Shown piece by piece: positions 47,277-59,000 of a stretch of DNA of 64,000 bases (within the stretch, counting starts at the first letter, position 1; each line of letters starts with the position of its first letter). Below the pieces are notes generated by a model. The model saw only the letters and a program-made list of their open reading frames with translations. It was not told the DNA's origin and searched no databases. Source of the stretch: Macrostomum lignano (Eukaryota); assembly GCA_002269645.1 (NCBI GenBank), contig NIVC01001891.1, forward strand, positions 1 through 64,000, in the 5' to 3' direction. The translations under genes and the position numbers were made by a program.

Positions 47277-50200
47277 ATGTCATTTGATTCGAACCACTGC
47301 TGTGCTCCCACTTGCACGAGCTCTGTGCTATCACCACCCGAGAAAGGAAATCCGGTGCGAATGCATAGATTTCCGAAAGATGAAACTGTGGCGAAGCGCT
47401 GGCAGCAGCTATTGGAGCTGGATATTGACCTCCAAACAATATGGTCACGGGGCCTACGTGTATGCAGCTTGCACTTTACGGACGAGGCCTACAACTGCCC
47501 TAAAAAGCGCCACGAACAAGACACCCGTCTTCGCTGGGACGCAATCCCACACCGAGAGCTGGTGCTGCCTCGGCTCGTTCGAATAGACCAACTACCCTCT
47601 GTGCAAAGAACTGATGATGAAGCTGACAACATGTACCCTCCAGTGCTGGAGCCAATTAGCGATCTGCCCGCAGCCGAGCCTGCGACCTGCCTGCTGCCAG
47701 TGCAGTGGCAGAGCAACAGTCGGCTACCAGATGCTGCACCGAGAATAGCTGTTGCTGCTGAGAGCTCTCACCTCTGCAGCCGATTCCAAGCACGAGAGGC
47801 AACGATAAAGCGACTGCGATCCCGAAAGCGACAAGCGATGATCAAACGGCTGCAACAGCAACTCTCGATGGCCAAGGCAAGTGCAGCGCAGTCGTGCATT
47901 CGTGGTCAACTGGGCTCTCGCAGTCGGGGGGTGCGCTGGTCGAAGGATGTCATCAACAGATCATTGCAGCTGCACCACAAGAGCCCTGCTGCTTATCGGC
48001 TGTTACAAAACCACTGGGGATTGGCTCTGCCATCGAATACATCCTTGAAGAGGCGCATTCGCCAGTTTTTTCCATCTGTTGGGCCGTGCCGCTTGACACT
48101 TCAGTTGTTAAGCAGCCAGCTGAATGCTGGCCCTGAACAAAGACGACTGGCGACCCTGTGCTTCGACGGCATAAGCTTGTCACCCAGCGTGCAGTACGAC
48201 TCGAACGCTGACAGAGTAGTCGGCTTCGACGACCGGACAGTCGGGGCACTGAGGGAGTGTACCAGCAGGCAGCAGCAGCAGGACGAGGAATGGGGTCGGC
48301 GCGTCCAGGTGAAGGCGGCGAGCAGGGACGAGGCCGTCAGCTTCAGGAGGTTCCGGACGGGGCACTCCTTGGAGCTGGCAGCCTACCGGAAGAGGATCGG
48401 CAAGGAGACCAGCGGCATGTGCCGGGCCTGCGGGTGCGAGGAGGAAACGGTGCAGCATGTGTGTGAGTGCGCCGCGACGGTGAGAGCTAGGGGCCGGTTT
48501 GGTGTGCACGGGCTGTCGGACCTCAGCAGGAGTCAGGAGAACGCCTTGGCCATGTGGAGATGGTACCGGGACCTCCCACCCGAGCCCGGAGGAGGACGGA
48601 AATCGGCCTAACGTCGGCCGGTGGCGCGGGTGCGTCACCGAAACAACAACAACAACAACAGCAGCAGCAGGAGCAGCAGCTGAAGCCAGTGAACGAGGCA
48701 GTAGTCGCCGTGCTGCGAGGTGTTGCGCAGGACTGGAAGCAGCCGATCGCCCAATATCCCGTGAGCCACACTCTCGGACAGTCCGGGTTCAAGGCCGCCA
48801 TCGCCGAGTGCTTGCGCGCCAGTCACGAGGCCGGAGTTCGGGTTGTTGCTCTAGTTGCCGACCAGGAATCAACGCAGTGGGCTCATCTGAGCAGGCAGGC
48901 AAGCGCGGCAGCACCGTTCTTACAGCATCCGGTTACACAGGCCCCTGTGTACGTGATGATTGACGTGCCACATTGCCTGAAGAACACCCGTAATGCCCTA
49001 ATGAAAAATGACATTGAGTTTGACGGCCAGAAGCTCGCGAAATGGCATCACCTACTCAGCTTCTACGAGGTCGACTGCAGCCGATCGCTACGACTTGCAG
49101 TTCGTTTGAGCGATGCTCACTTTAACCTACAGCTGGGACAGAAGATGCGGGTCTCTCTCGCAGCGCAGATTTTTAGCCGTTCCATCGCCAGCGGCATCAA
49201 GACACTCGTACACCACCAAGTGATGAAGGCTGACGCCCTGCAGACCGCCGAGTTCGCTGAGAGATTGAATGACGCGTTCGATCTGCTGAACTCATCACAC
49301 TCCTTCGTCAAAGGCACAAAGCAGCCGATTCGTCGTGAGTCGTTGGTGGACCAAATGGAGCAGCTGCGAAAAGTGGAGAATTTTGTGAAAAGCTGGCGCT
49401 TCCTTCCGCACACCGGCAGAGCTGCGAAGGCGACCATGAATTTCAAGGAGGGCTGGCTGTTGTCAATTTCTGCGATTCGCTGCTTGTCCGCTCAGTTAAT
49501 TCAGAACGAAGGCTTCGAGTACGTCTGCACGCGACGGTTCTCGCAGGATCATGTTGAGGTGAGCTTCGCATCAGCTGTGCATATTATGTGTTGCTCGTAT
49601 TTTTCGGTTCTTCGAGATTCTTTATGATTAGCTAATTTAGCTTCTTGAAGTTTCACTTTTTCAAAAACGCAATTTTACTCCTCGGAAAGGCAGTAAATGT
49701 AAATCATACTTTCAGAGTGCACCGAGTAGTACAATTTTAGCAAAGTGAAACGCCATCCCTTTTCAGAATCTCTTCAGCATCCTTAGAGGGCGCAACGGGT
49801 TCAATGAAAAACCCGAACTGTCAGCTTTCATTGGCGCCCTGAGATCAGTAGCGGCTGGTGGGCTCTCTAAGCCGGATTCATCGGCTAGGAACTGTGAGGA
49901 TGACGGCTGCTCAGCTGCGATCTCAGCTTCCGGCGCATCAGCTTGCGCATCAGTAGGACGAGACGACAGCACTGCTGCAACAAGTGACTGGACACCGCCG
50001 AGTGAAGCCTCTGGCAGCAATTCAAACGAAGCAGCCATCCCGCTGCTGCACGAACCGATGGAAGGCCTGGCTACTGTCCAAGACGATGCAGTACTGAACG
50101 AGGCCACTGAATACGTAGCTGGTTACGTGCTGAAAAAGAGTGGCGTATTGGACTGCAGCAACTGCAGGGCGGAGCTGACAGTGTCAGATCCGTCTGGCTG

Positions 50201-50537
50201 TCACATGCAGCACAAGCGTCTGCCCCACGCAGTCATCGGCCTCACGCATCCTTCACCTGCGGCTTTGGGCGAGTTCTGCAAGATGGAGGCTGCCTTCGTT
50301 GCGCAATCGCACAGTTTTATTGTGCAGCCGCAGGTAGCTAAACGATTGGCTGCTGTGTTCACAGCTGCAGCAGTTGCACTGCCGGCGTGCAGCTCACACG
50401 CTGCACATGTGCAGCGTCAGGTATGCAGCACGTTTGCACAGCTGCGACTGCATCATTGGTGCCGCTGCAAGATGAGAAGCCTGCGAGCAGCGGCGAGCAG
50501 GAGCAGCACGCTGCGAAAGTTTCACAAACTGCGATGA
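47277..50537 (+). CDS. P-element transposase (THAP zinc finger + RNase H-like DDE), 887 aa when reconstructed; currently disrupted by a LINE fragment
   Basis: 47277-48283 + 48673-49558 + 49767-50537 = 2664 nt in frame. THAP (CCAPTC...FP...W...CSLHF), CFDG, VADQ, DVPHCLKNTRN, SQDHVE|NLF, RGRNGFNEKP, YVAGY, LRLHHWC; GT-AG intron 49559-49766. Confidence 0.9.
48284..48658 (+). mobile_element. 5'-truncated LINE 3' end (375 bp) inserted in the transposase gene
   Basis: Encodes RFRTGH...YRKRI...CRACG-EEETVQH-CEC (non-LTR ORF2 C-terminus), (CAA)n tail; 14-bp TSD cagcagcagcagga (48270-48283 and 48659-48672). Tail type differs from the host LINE, indicating a different family. Confidence 0.92.
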
Positions 50538-53500
50538 GCTGTTTAATTGATGAGAAATCATTCTATTTGGATAAACGAAAATGGAGTATATAATAGCTTG
50601 TATTTGCTAAGTATAGTTAACAGCAATAATATGGCCGTCAATGCAATCTAAAGCATTCACACTGCTTTTTGTCGTAGAAAGTATAGTTAAAAGTTTATTT
50701 TTGCTAATATCAATACAATTGCTGCATTGTATTCATCTTGGTTTTTTAATTTTTTAAATATAAAAAAACGCTAAAATGTTTTATCACTACTAAGCAGAAA
50801 GTAGAATAAACTGTCGTGTTGTGAAAATTAGCCTGAGTGGCCTATCTAGTGTTTATAGTATCTGTGGGTAAAACCACCGAGCACGCTTTGCATGTTATTA
50901 CCTCAGCCATTGAGAAAGCTATCCTGAGTAAGCAGATTGCCTGTGGGCTTTTCTGCGATATCGATGGGGCCTTCAATAACGTTTTGTTTGGCTCCTTCAG
51001 TGACTCCCTTTTGCAGAAAAAGGTCCGACCCAGCATTGTGCGTTGGATCGACTTTATGATCCGGAACAGGAAGGTGACTTCCTCCCTCATGGATGCCACC
51101 TGCACTCACACGGTTACTAAGGGCGGAGCCCAAGGTGGAGTGCTCACCCCGCTGCTCTGGAATCTCGTGATGGACGAGCTCCTGACGGCTGACGTCCCCA
51201 GCAGCATAGTCAAGGCTGGCTACGCTGATGATGTCGCTGCTATTGTCAGTGGCCCTGACACCAGTACCCTCCGTAGCTTAATGCAGCAGTTCGCCAATAA
51301 GGCGCAAGCCTGGGCTACCCGGCACGGCCTAACCATTAGCACCGCTAAGACGGTGTCCATTATCTTCACCAGGAAGCGGAAGTGGAGCATGCGGAACCTC
51401 ACCATCTACGGTAAGGACATACCCTTAGTCAAGGAAACTAAGTATCTAGGTGTGACGCTCACCCACGATCTGCGTTGGACCAAGCACGCTGACAATGTCA
51501 TCGGGTGCGCCAGGCGCTGCTTTGCGCAGGTGAGGAGAGCCATCGGGCCTACTTGGGGTCTTTCTCCCAAGACGGTCAGATGGATTTACACTGGCATCGT
51601 TCGGCCCAGTATCACCTACGTGTGTGTTATCTGGTCCAGTGCGTTAGAGTTGAAGACTGTACGGGACCGGTTGTACCAGCTGCAGGGTAACATCTGCCAA
51701 GCCATCACCGGTGCGTATCCATCCACCCCTTACGAGGGGCTCAACACCATCCTCAGCATGCCTCCGCTGCATTTGTTCATTAGAGCTGAGGCGATGAAGG
51801 GCGCCGCGTGTCTCATCTGTGATAAATTTATTGCTAACACGCCCTCGGGCTTCATGCCTGAGAAGACTCTTTTCCCTCATCTGGACTATATCCGTCGCGA
51901 TCTTCAACGCATCCACCTCAATTTAGACGAGGTGGACTGCAGATCCCCCACTCTCATCCTCAGGAGGGGCTTCAAGTGTACTCTTCCACCGAGAGGGAGT
52001 CACTCGCTGGACGTGGGCATCAACAGGAGAAGCCAGGGTATTCACTGCTTCACTGACGGATCCCTGCGTGACGGTCTCGCTGGTGCGGGCATTGCCATTT
52101 TCCACAAGGGTGAAGCGATCTTACAAGAGAGTCTTCATCTTGGTGAGAATGTCTCGGTTTTTCAATCCGAAGTTGTAGCTATCAACCAGTGCGCTGAGCA
52201 TTTGCACAAAGCTGGCATCAGCAGCTTTGACATTTATTTTTACTCTGACAGCCAGGCCGCTATTAAGGCCTTGTCTTCTATCAAGCTCTCAACCAAGTCA
52301 GTCTCAGACTGCCTCAAAAGCTTGCAGACCCTAGCGATTCTCAACAGGATCAATGTTATCTGGACACCAGGCCATAGCAACATCCTCGGCAACGAGCTTG
52401 TGGATCAGCTTGCCAAGCGGGGTTGCACCCCTGATAGAGCGCAACGCTCAGTCAAGTTACCTTCTCCGAAGTCATCAATCAACCGCGCCATTCAAGATTG
52501 GCTAAACCGCCAGCATCAGACTCACTGGGACAGCTGCTCCGAATACCGGCAAGCACGAAAGGCTATGCCTGCCATTAACCGGAAAGTATCCGAATATCTA
52601 ATATCCTTAAGTAAAACTGACCTGAGGGAGATGTACATGGTCATTACTGGCCATGGCTTCTTCCAGAGACATATTTCACTGCAAAGTGGCTGCTCCCCTA
52701 TCTGCCCATTCTGTGATTTAGAGGAGGAAACCTTGACGCACCACGTCACTTTCTGCCCGCACTTCAACGAGGCGCGGAGGCGTCACCTCGGTCACCCGCT
52801 AAGGCTTGACAAGCTCACCACTCCGGACTGTATCCGTGATCTACGTGCATTCGTTCGGGATTCTGGGCGGATGAAAATCGCAGACGCCACTCTCGCGAGC
52901 TCTTCTGCTGGCGAGGGGTGGGCGCAGCCCCTAAACAAGTTTCTGTTTAGCTTGGGGTTGCGATAGGGGCCTCGCGGCCTGTTCGCGGCGCTCTGCCCCC
53001 CATCGGTAGTAGTAGTAGTATAGTCATATAAGAAATTTAGTGAATGATGCATACATGTCAATAGTTGGGAATAAATAAATAAATGCAATATTTTAGGCAT
53101 ATACATATATTGGATAAGGCAAAGTTGAGTAAAGGAAAGAGAAATGACACAATTTACTGAGGTTTACATGTATAAAGAGCAGAGAGACAAGGTGTTATCA
53201 AATCCAAATCAGAAGTAAGGCTTTAAAGCCTATACCTTGGCTTAGAGCATTTGGTCTAGCTGGCTAGCTGGCTATATATACATGTAAATGTACCTAACCC
53301 AAAAAACAAGGCTGAGGTTAAGTGTGCAGATGCATCAATTGCAGACTAACAGGCAGCCATACTATGCTAAAACTATAATAGTACTAATAGGTATAAAGAC
53401 AAGGGCTAGTAAATAGTTAATGATTGACTATAGTGGTGACTATTGGTTTTCATTCATTAATTTTATTTTTTTACTGCAAAAGGTTTTATCATTTAAAACA

Positions 53501-54958
53501 ATGCTAAGCTTGCTTTATTTGCTTGAAAAACCAAGGAGGTCTGACTCTAAGAAGCTTAAATTATATGCATTTTCTATTTGTTAAACATTTCTTTTTGCAA
53601 AAATCAGGTATTGGAATAGAGTATTAGAATTAGGTATTGCCAATTAATCTAATTTGGGTATTGAACTTTCAGGTATTGGTGATATTTTTTCAGAAAGGAT
53701 ATTGGAATATTGGTTTCACTGATAATTTTTTGAGTATCATCAATTGCCTTAACAGAAAAGGCTCCTAACTAGCATAAATTAATTGTGGCCTACATGATAT
53801 TGTACCAAACATTGGCTATATCTATAGGCCTAGCTATGGTGGAACTCTAACTTTAAGCAATATAAACTATCTAGAGCTGTGACCTTCTGATCTTAGTATT
53901 AGTAATGCTTATATAAAAAGAAAATTTCTATATCTGATAGGGCCTATGAATAGGCCTAAATAAAAAATTAAAATATAACTTTTATATTTTTCTTTGATAA
54001 TGACTTACCTTGTCTAGTTTTATCTCAAAAGTCATAATGAATATAAATTCAAATATAAAACTATAATATAACTTATTATGTAAGATAGGCCCCTATTCCT
54101 TTTAAAATTGCTTAGGTCTACTTGTCTCTATATTCTTATAATAAGCCTAGGATTCATTTATGCCTAAGCCTAACTTCAAAATTTTACCTATCCAGTGCAA
54201 CTTAGTTTTGTTTAGATTTGCAACTTAGTTTCTCCTGATTGCAACTTAGTTCCTCCTAATTATGACTTAGTTCCTCTTGATTGCAACTCAATTTTCACTT
54301 TGTATTTGACTTTTCTTGCCTTTTTTGCTTTTTTCCTTTTTTCCCTCTTTCTTTTTTCCTCCTTTCTTTTCTTTCTTTTGCTCTTCTTTCCTCCTCCAAT
54401 TTTTCATATTTTGTGTTTTTGATTTTGTGACTTACCTTGGCTAGTAGCTATTTCACCCATCTAGTTTGGACAGATATTGGGCATGTATGCTAGGATAGGT
54501 TTATCTTATAAGTAAAGGCAAGCCAAGGTTAACATCTAAATACAATAGATATAGGCCCTAGACCAATAGCAATTAGAGGTTGGACGGATTAAAATCATTG
54601 GATGGGATTGCTAGATTGGGATTGGGAAAAAATTTTTTGGCATCAAGATTGGGATCAGGTCTTTAAAATATTACAAGCAGCCAGGGTTTTTTTTTGTGCG
54701 CAGAGTGTGCGTATGCACCCTAAATTTTAAAATCGCACCCTGAAATTAAAAAAGTAGGTGCGGTTTAGGTGCGGTCTTATAACCATTTTTCTTTAAAGGC
54801 TTAACCATGCTTAAGCTATTTTTTATGCACTGCCTTAAAATATGAAACAAAATAACTCTTTAAATCCTATTAAGTCATATAGGCGATATAGCCTATAGCT
54901 ATAGCCTTATGTAGGATATTAAAATATACATTCCCAGTTGTCAGAAATGTGAGCAATA

Positions 54959-57435
54959 TGAGGGTTTCACGAGAGATATTCAGACAGGGGCTCCCTAAAA
55001 CACGCCCCGCACCGGGCCCCAAACCGCTACACATTATAACATTTTTTGTCAATGCAGTATTTGATTGCAAGGAAAAGTTAAAATAGTAATGGAATAAGCA
55101 TCTTTATTTATTTTTTTAAATATTATTTTTTTTTATATTCTCATTTTCATTATTAATTTATAATATTATTATTTTATTAATATTATTATTAATATCACTT
55201 ATTGTTCACCAAATTTTATATTTCAAAGTAAAAAAACTAAATTTAATAAAAACTTGAAGCTTAACAGAAAACGCATTCTGAAGTGTCTTTAGTTATAGTC
55301 CAATTTGTTTTAATGTGTAGCGCTGCAGGGTGGTGCGGGGCGTGTTTTAGGGAGACCCATTCAGACAGACATTCAAAATGATTGTCTGTAACTTCAAACA
55401 AAATTGACCCGTTTCAACCATCTTTTTGGCAAATACTTACGCAAGTGTTGGGCGTCGAATAAGCTTTAATTTATTAACTGAAGTAAAAATCCTTCTGACA
55501 TACATTGATTTAAAAATTGCTTAGCAACACTAGCTCTGATTAGAAATCGCTTTACTGTTGACTAAAATTGTTTTGATCGTAGCAGCCTAAAAGCAGATAC
55601 TGGATTTAAAAATGCTTCGATTTACTCTATACGCATGTCTCAGCTTTAAAATGACACCTCAGGCGTCGCAAAAGACAGCTTTGATGCTGAGATATTCGAC
55701 ACTAAACATGCATTGCTTTGCGCAAACTCACATTCAGAAATTTCACTGATTTTTTGTCGATATTTGTGCAGTTGCCGTGTCCTTGTTTTTCATCAGAATC
55801 TCGTCAAATTCTAGTCATGTCTATAAGCATGTCTCAGCTTTAAAATGACACCTCAGGCGTTGCAAAAGACAGCTTTGATGCTGAGACATTCGACACCAAA
55901 CATCGCTTTGCTCAAACTCACATTCGGAAACTTCACTGATTTTTATTCAATATTTGTTCAGATGCTTGTCTACTTCTCCATTTATTAACCATCGCATGGA
56001 GCCTTGCTAACGTACAAGTGTATGTAGTTACTGTAAATGGGGGGTTTTGTGACTCACTTAAACTTGTTTACGCATTCTGCAGCTATTTGCCGCCTTTCAT
56101 TGGAGTGATTCATGGAGTCCAGTTGATAAATTTCCGCAAATTGGACTGCTTCTACGTCAGATCTCAACATTTGGAACCATCCTTGAACTATTTCAGAGTT
56201 AAGTGAGCTAATGGCATCAAATGGAAGGCTAGTGCTCGTACTCGTAAGCAAAGCAGGTTCACAATTGAAATGGTTGTATTCATGGCCATGGGATCTAAAC
56301 TGATCTGTTTTACTTTCACGATTGCTTCGGTCTCAGAAGGAGCAGCAGTTGATGGACTGAGGTGAGAAGAAGATGTGTCACGACTTGAGCTGTTTTTAGA
56401 AAATATCTTTATCCAATTAAATATTTTCATGCGGCTCCTTAGGTTGTTCCGAATTCCGAGTCTAGAAGTCAAGACAGAAAAAAAGTAAAGAACTGCTACG
56501 GTAGTCCGTAGGGATTGAAAAGCTTAGCAGTACATTAGAAATCGCCTGTTCAATCTAAAAAGTTTGAAGTACATATAGCTATTGGGTTGCAACAACAGTA
56601 GAAAAAATTTTTCCTTTTTATTTTATTCCCACCGCTTACCTCATTCCAATTTGGATAGCAGAATTGCCACGCAAAAAAAGTAAAAACATAACAATAAACT
56701 ATTTGCTTCATATTAATTGCCACTGACTGTTAATAAACGCGACGTCAATTTCTCTCAATAACAATTGGAACATGTTTCTTGTACACTCGTATATTTATTT
56801 GAATTGCAAAGCGGTGAAAAAGTCATGATTGGTCGCCATATGTACAAATGTACACTCACAGACTCACTGACTCAGGTACAATCTATGCAATATAAAGGCA
56901 GGAATCATTAAAAATCAAATACTTAAGACAGTTTAAGAGAAGTCCAGGTTTAAACTGGACATGACTAGAATTTAACAAGTTTCTGATGAAAAACAAGGAC
57001 ATGGCAGCTGCACAAATATCGATAAAAATCAGTGAAATTTCTGAATGTGAGTTTGCACAAAGCAATTGTTTAGTGTCGAATATCTCAGCATCAAAGCTGT
57101 CTTTTGCGACGCCTGAGGTGTCATTTTAAAGCTGAGACATGCGTATAGAGTAAATCGAAGCATTTTTAAATCTAGTATCTGCTTTTAGGCTGCTACAATC
57201 AAAACAATTTTAGTCAACAGTAAAGCGATTTCTAATCAGAGCTAGTGTTGCTAAGCAATTTTTAAATCAATGTATGTCAGAAGGATTTTTACTTCAGTTA
57301 ATAAATTAAAGCTTATTCGACGCCCAACACTTGCGTAAGTATTTGCCAAAAAGATGGTTGAAGCGGGTCAATTTTGTTTAAAGTTACAGACGATCGTTTC
57401 GAATGTCTATCTGAATATCTCTCGTGAAACCCTCA
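54959..57435. mobile_element. Foldback-type element with ~490-bp inverted arms
   Basis: Left arm 54959-54986 + 55368-55821 is the reverse complement of ~56958-57435 (estimated >90% identical by eye); no TSD found; ~135-bp partial direct duplication of the left arm at ~55826-55960. Confidence 0.8.
54987..55358. mobile_element. MULE-type MITE, 372 bp, inserted in the left foldback arm
   Basis: 27-bp TIR ggggctccctaaaacacgccccgcacc (one mismatch); perfect 9-bp TSD attcagaca (54978-54986 and 55359-55367). Confidence 0.88.
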
Positions 57436-58825
57436 CATTCTAAACAAGACTCAAGAGAAATTGCACTCTGAGCCTTAAAATCGCACCTTGAAATTTGGCA
57501 CAAGGTGCGATTTCGCACCTTATCTCTGGCGAAAAAAAACCCAGCAAGCAGTTTTTGATAACAAAGTTGAATAAACAATGTTATTGTTAAAATCAAGAGA
57601 TAAAACATGAAAGAATGATGCAAAGTTTTATAGGGGCCTAACCAAAGGATTGTAACAATATAATGAGTACAAGTAAAACAAAATGCATTCAATCAATTAT
57701 CAACTCTATAAATTTTGAACCAAAATACCTATTCATGATTCCCTTTTTTAAGGTTGGGATCCCAATCCCGCAGGAATCCAATTTTCCTTGGGATCCCAAG
57801 GTTTCAAGATTGGGATCAGGATTCAGTCTAACCTCTAATGGCAATAATGTCTAATAGGCCTAAATCTGCATAAGTATACAATAGGCTCAGAGTCTAGGGT
57901 CTACCTACTTACTTTATCTGTTGACAGATAGGAAAGTCAATGCACAATGCTATCCCCCATGTCCCTTCTAATAATAACATAGGTTAAAAAGGATTATATA
58001 GTCATATAGCCCCCCTAGGAAAAGCACTAGACACTAGAGTCTAGACAAGTTACATCCATCAACAATTACTGAATCAGACAATAGGCCCGCCCTAGTAAGG
58101 CCCTAGAAAAGCAATATAGAAATTACTATAAATGACTAACTAAAATGATATGATACTATAGCATCAGGTATATGTATGCAAAAGCAACAAATTATCATGA
58201 TCAGGCCTAATTGTGGAGCTTATTCGTTAAGCCTGGATCCATCATCCATGTTTAGTACTTGAACTAGTTTCTAAATTTCGCATTTAAACTTGCGCAAAAA
58301 TAATAAACAGCCAATTGTTAATGACTAAATTAGTCAATCGTTATTACCGTCGCTAGGGTTTCCTAATGAAAAAAAGTAACCTTATTGTTTTGAGATTAAA
58401 AAAAAGCTTAACTGAAAAGTAGGCAAAAACTCAGTGTAGATGTATTTGTTAAAAATAACTGCAAAAAATTCTTATAGGTCCGAAAAGTAAATCCTTGCTT
58501 TCCCTAACTTCCATGTGGCAGCTCGCTCTGCGCAATGGACTAAATTTCAGAACTATCAACTAATAGCTCGGTTCCATTTCACAACTTTGTAACTCACAAC
58601 CGTTTGCAGCTGATCTACGGCCGTATATATCTTCGAGATTCTGATCAGGTTTCTATTTGTCTGTTTCAAGCCTAAATTAGCAAATTAAGTGTATATGAGG
58701 AAAGCTCTGTTTCTGCTTGTCGTCGCGCTGACTGCATGTTTGCTGCATATCAGTGGCTACTAGCGCTGATGACTTGATTAAGTGCAGGTTCCCGAAAGAC
58801 CCGATAATAACAAGCAAGCGCTCGA

Positions 58826-59000
58826 AAGCCAAAAGCAAACCACCGAAAGCCGAAAGCAAACCCCCGAAAGCCGAAAGCAAACTCCCAAAAGCCGAAGGCA
58901 AACCCCCGAAAGCCGAAGGCAAACCACCGAAAGCCGAAGGCAAACCACCGAAATCCGAAAGCAATTATCACCGAAAGCCGAAAGCAAACCCCCGAAAAAC
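58826..59000 (+). repeat. Minisatellite, 21-bp unit (aaacccccgaaagccgaaggc)
   Basis: About 8 units; source of the KPPKAEG ORF. Confidence 0.9.

Larger units (their letters stand above)
46770..50866 (+). mobile_element. Complete P-element/THAP9-type DNA transposon, 4097 bp
   Basis: Bipartite TIR (44-bp perfect block starting CACAG, 11-12-nt mismatch, then 24-bp block); perfect 8-bp TSD ggtaaaac (46762-46769 and 50867-50874). Confidence 0.95.
45040..52966 (+). pseudogene. LINE ORF2 (1273 aa: APE endonuclease, reverse transcriptase, RNase H, C-terminal CCHC), split by P insertion
   Basis: 45040-46769 joined to 50875-52966 gives 3822 nt in frame ([14 protein letters not shown]). Motifs: [86 protein letters not shown]-x8-H-x4-C. 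One TAG at 46756-46758. Confidence 0.92.
43877..53018 (+). mobile_element. Full-length non-LTR retrotransposon (APE-RT-RNase H; I-group, Loa/R1-like), interrupted by a P element
   Basis: 5'UTR, ORF1, ORF2, short 3'UTR, (GTA)n tail at ~53006-53018; candidate 6-bp TSD tatagt (43871-43876 and 53019-53024). Confidence 0.9.
54682..57544. mobile_element. Second non-autonomous TIR element nested in the outer element
   Basis: Ends cagggtttttttt / aaaaaaaacccag; 8-bp flanks caagcagc vs caagcagt (7/8); related to 43249-43354. Confidence 0.65.
54574..57837. mobile_element. hAT-like non-autonomous element (outer layer of nest)
   Basis: TIR tagaggttggacgga / rc tagaggttagactga; 8-bp TSD atagcaat vs atggcaat (7/8); subterminal gggatt/ttgggatc motifs on both sides. 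Confidence 0.7.

Noticed and set aside
43699-53755. Outer hAT-type MITE enclosing the LINE (inverted caatac/gtattg subterminal motifs on both sides)
   Set aside because: Suggestive, but terminal repeats match poorly and no TSD could be found.
58755-58800. Hammerhead-ribozyme-like CTGATGA...GAAA
   Set aside because: Stem II does not pair and stems I/III are absent; other CTGATGA sites also lack a core.
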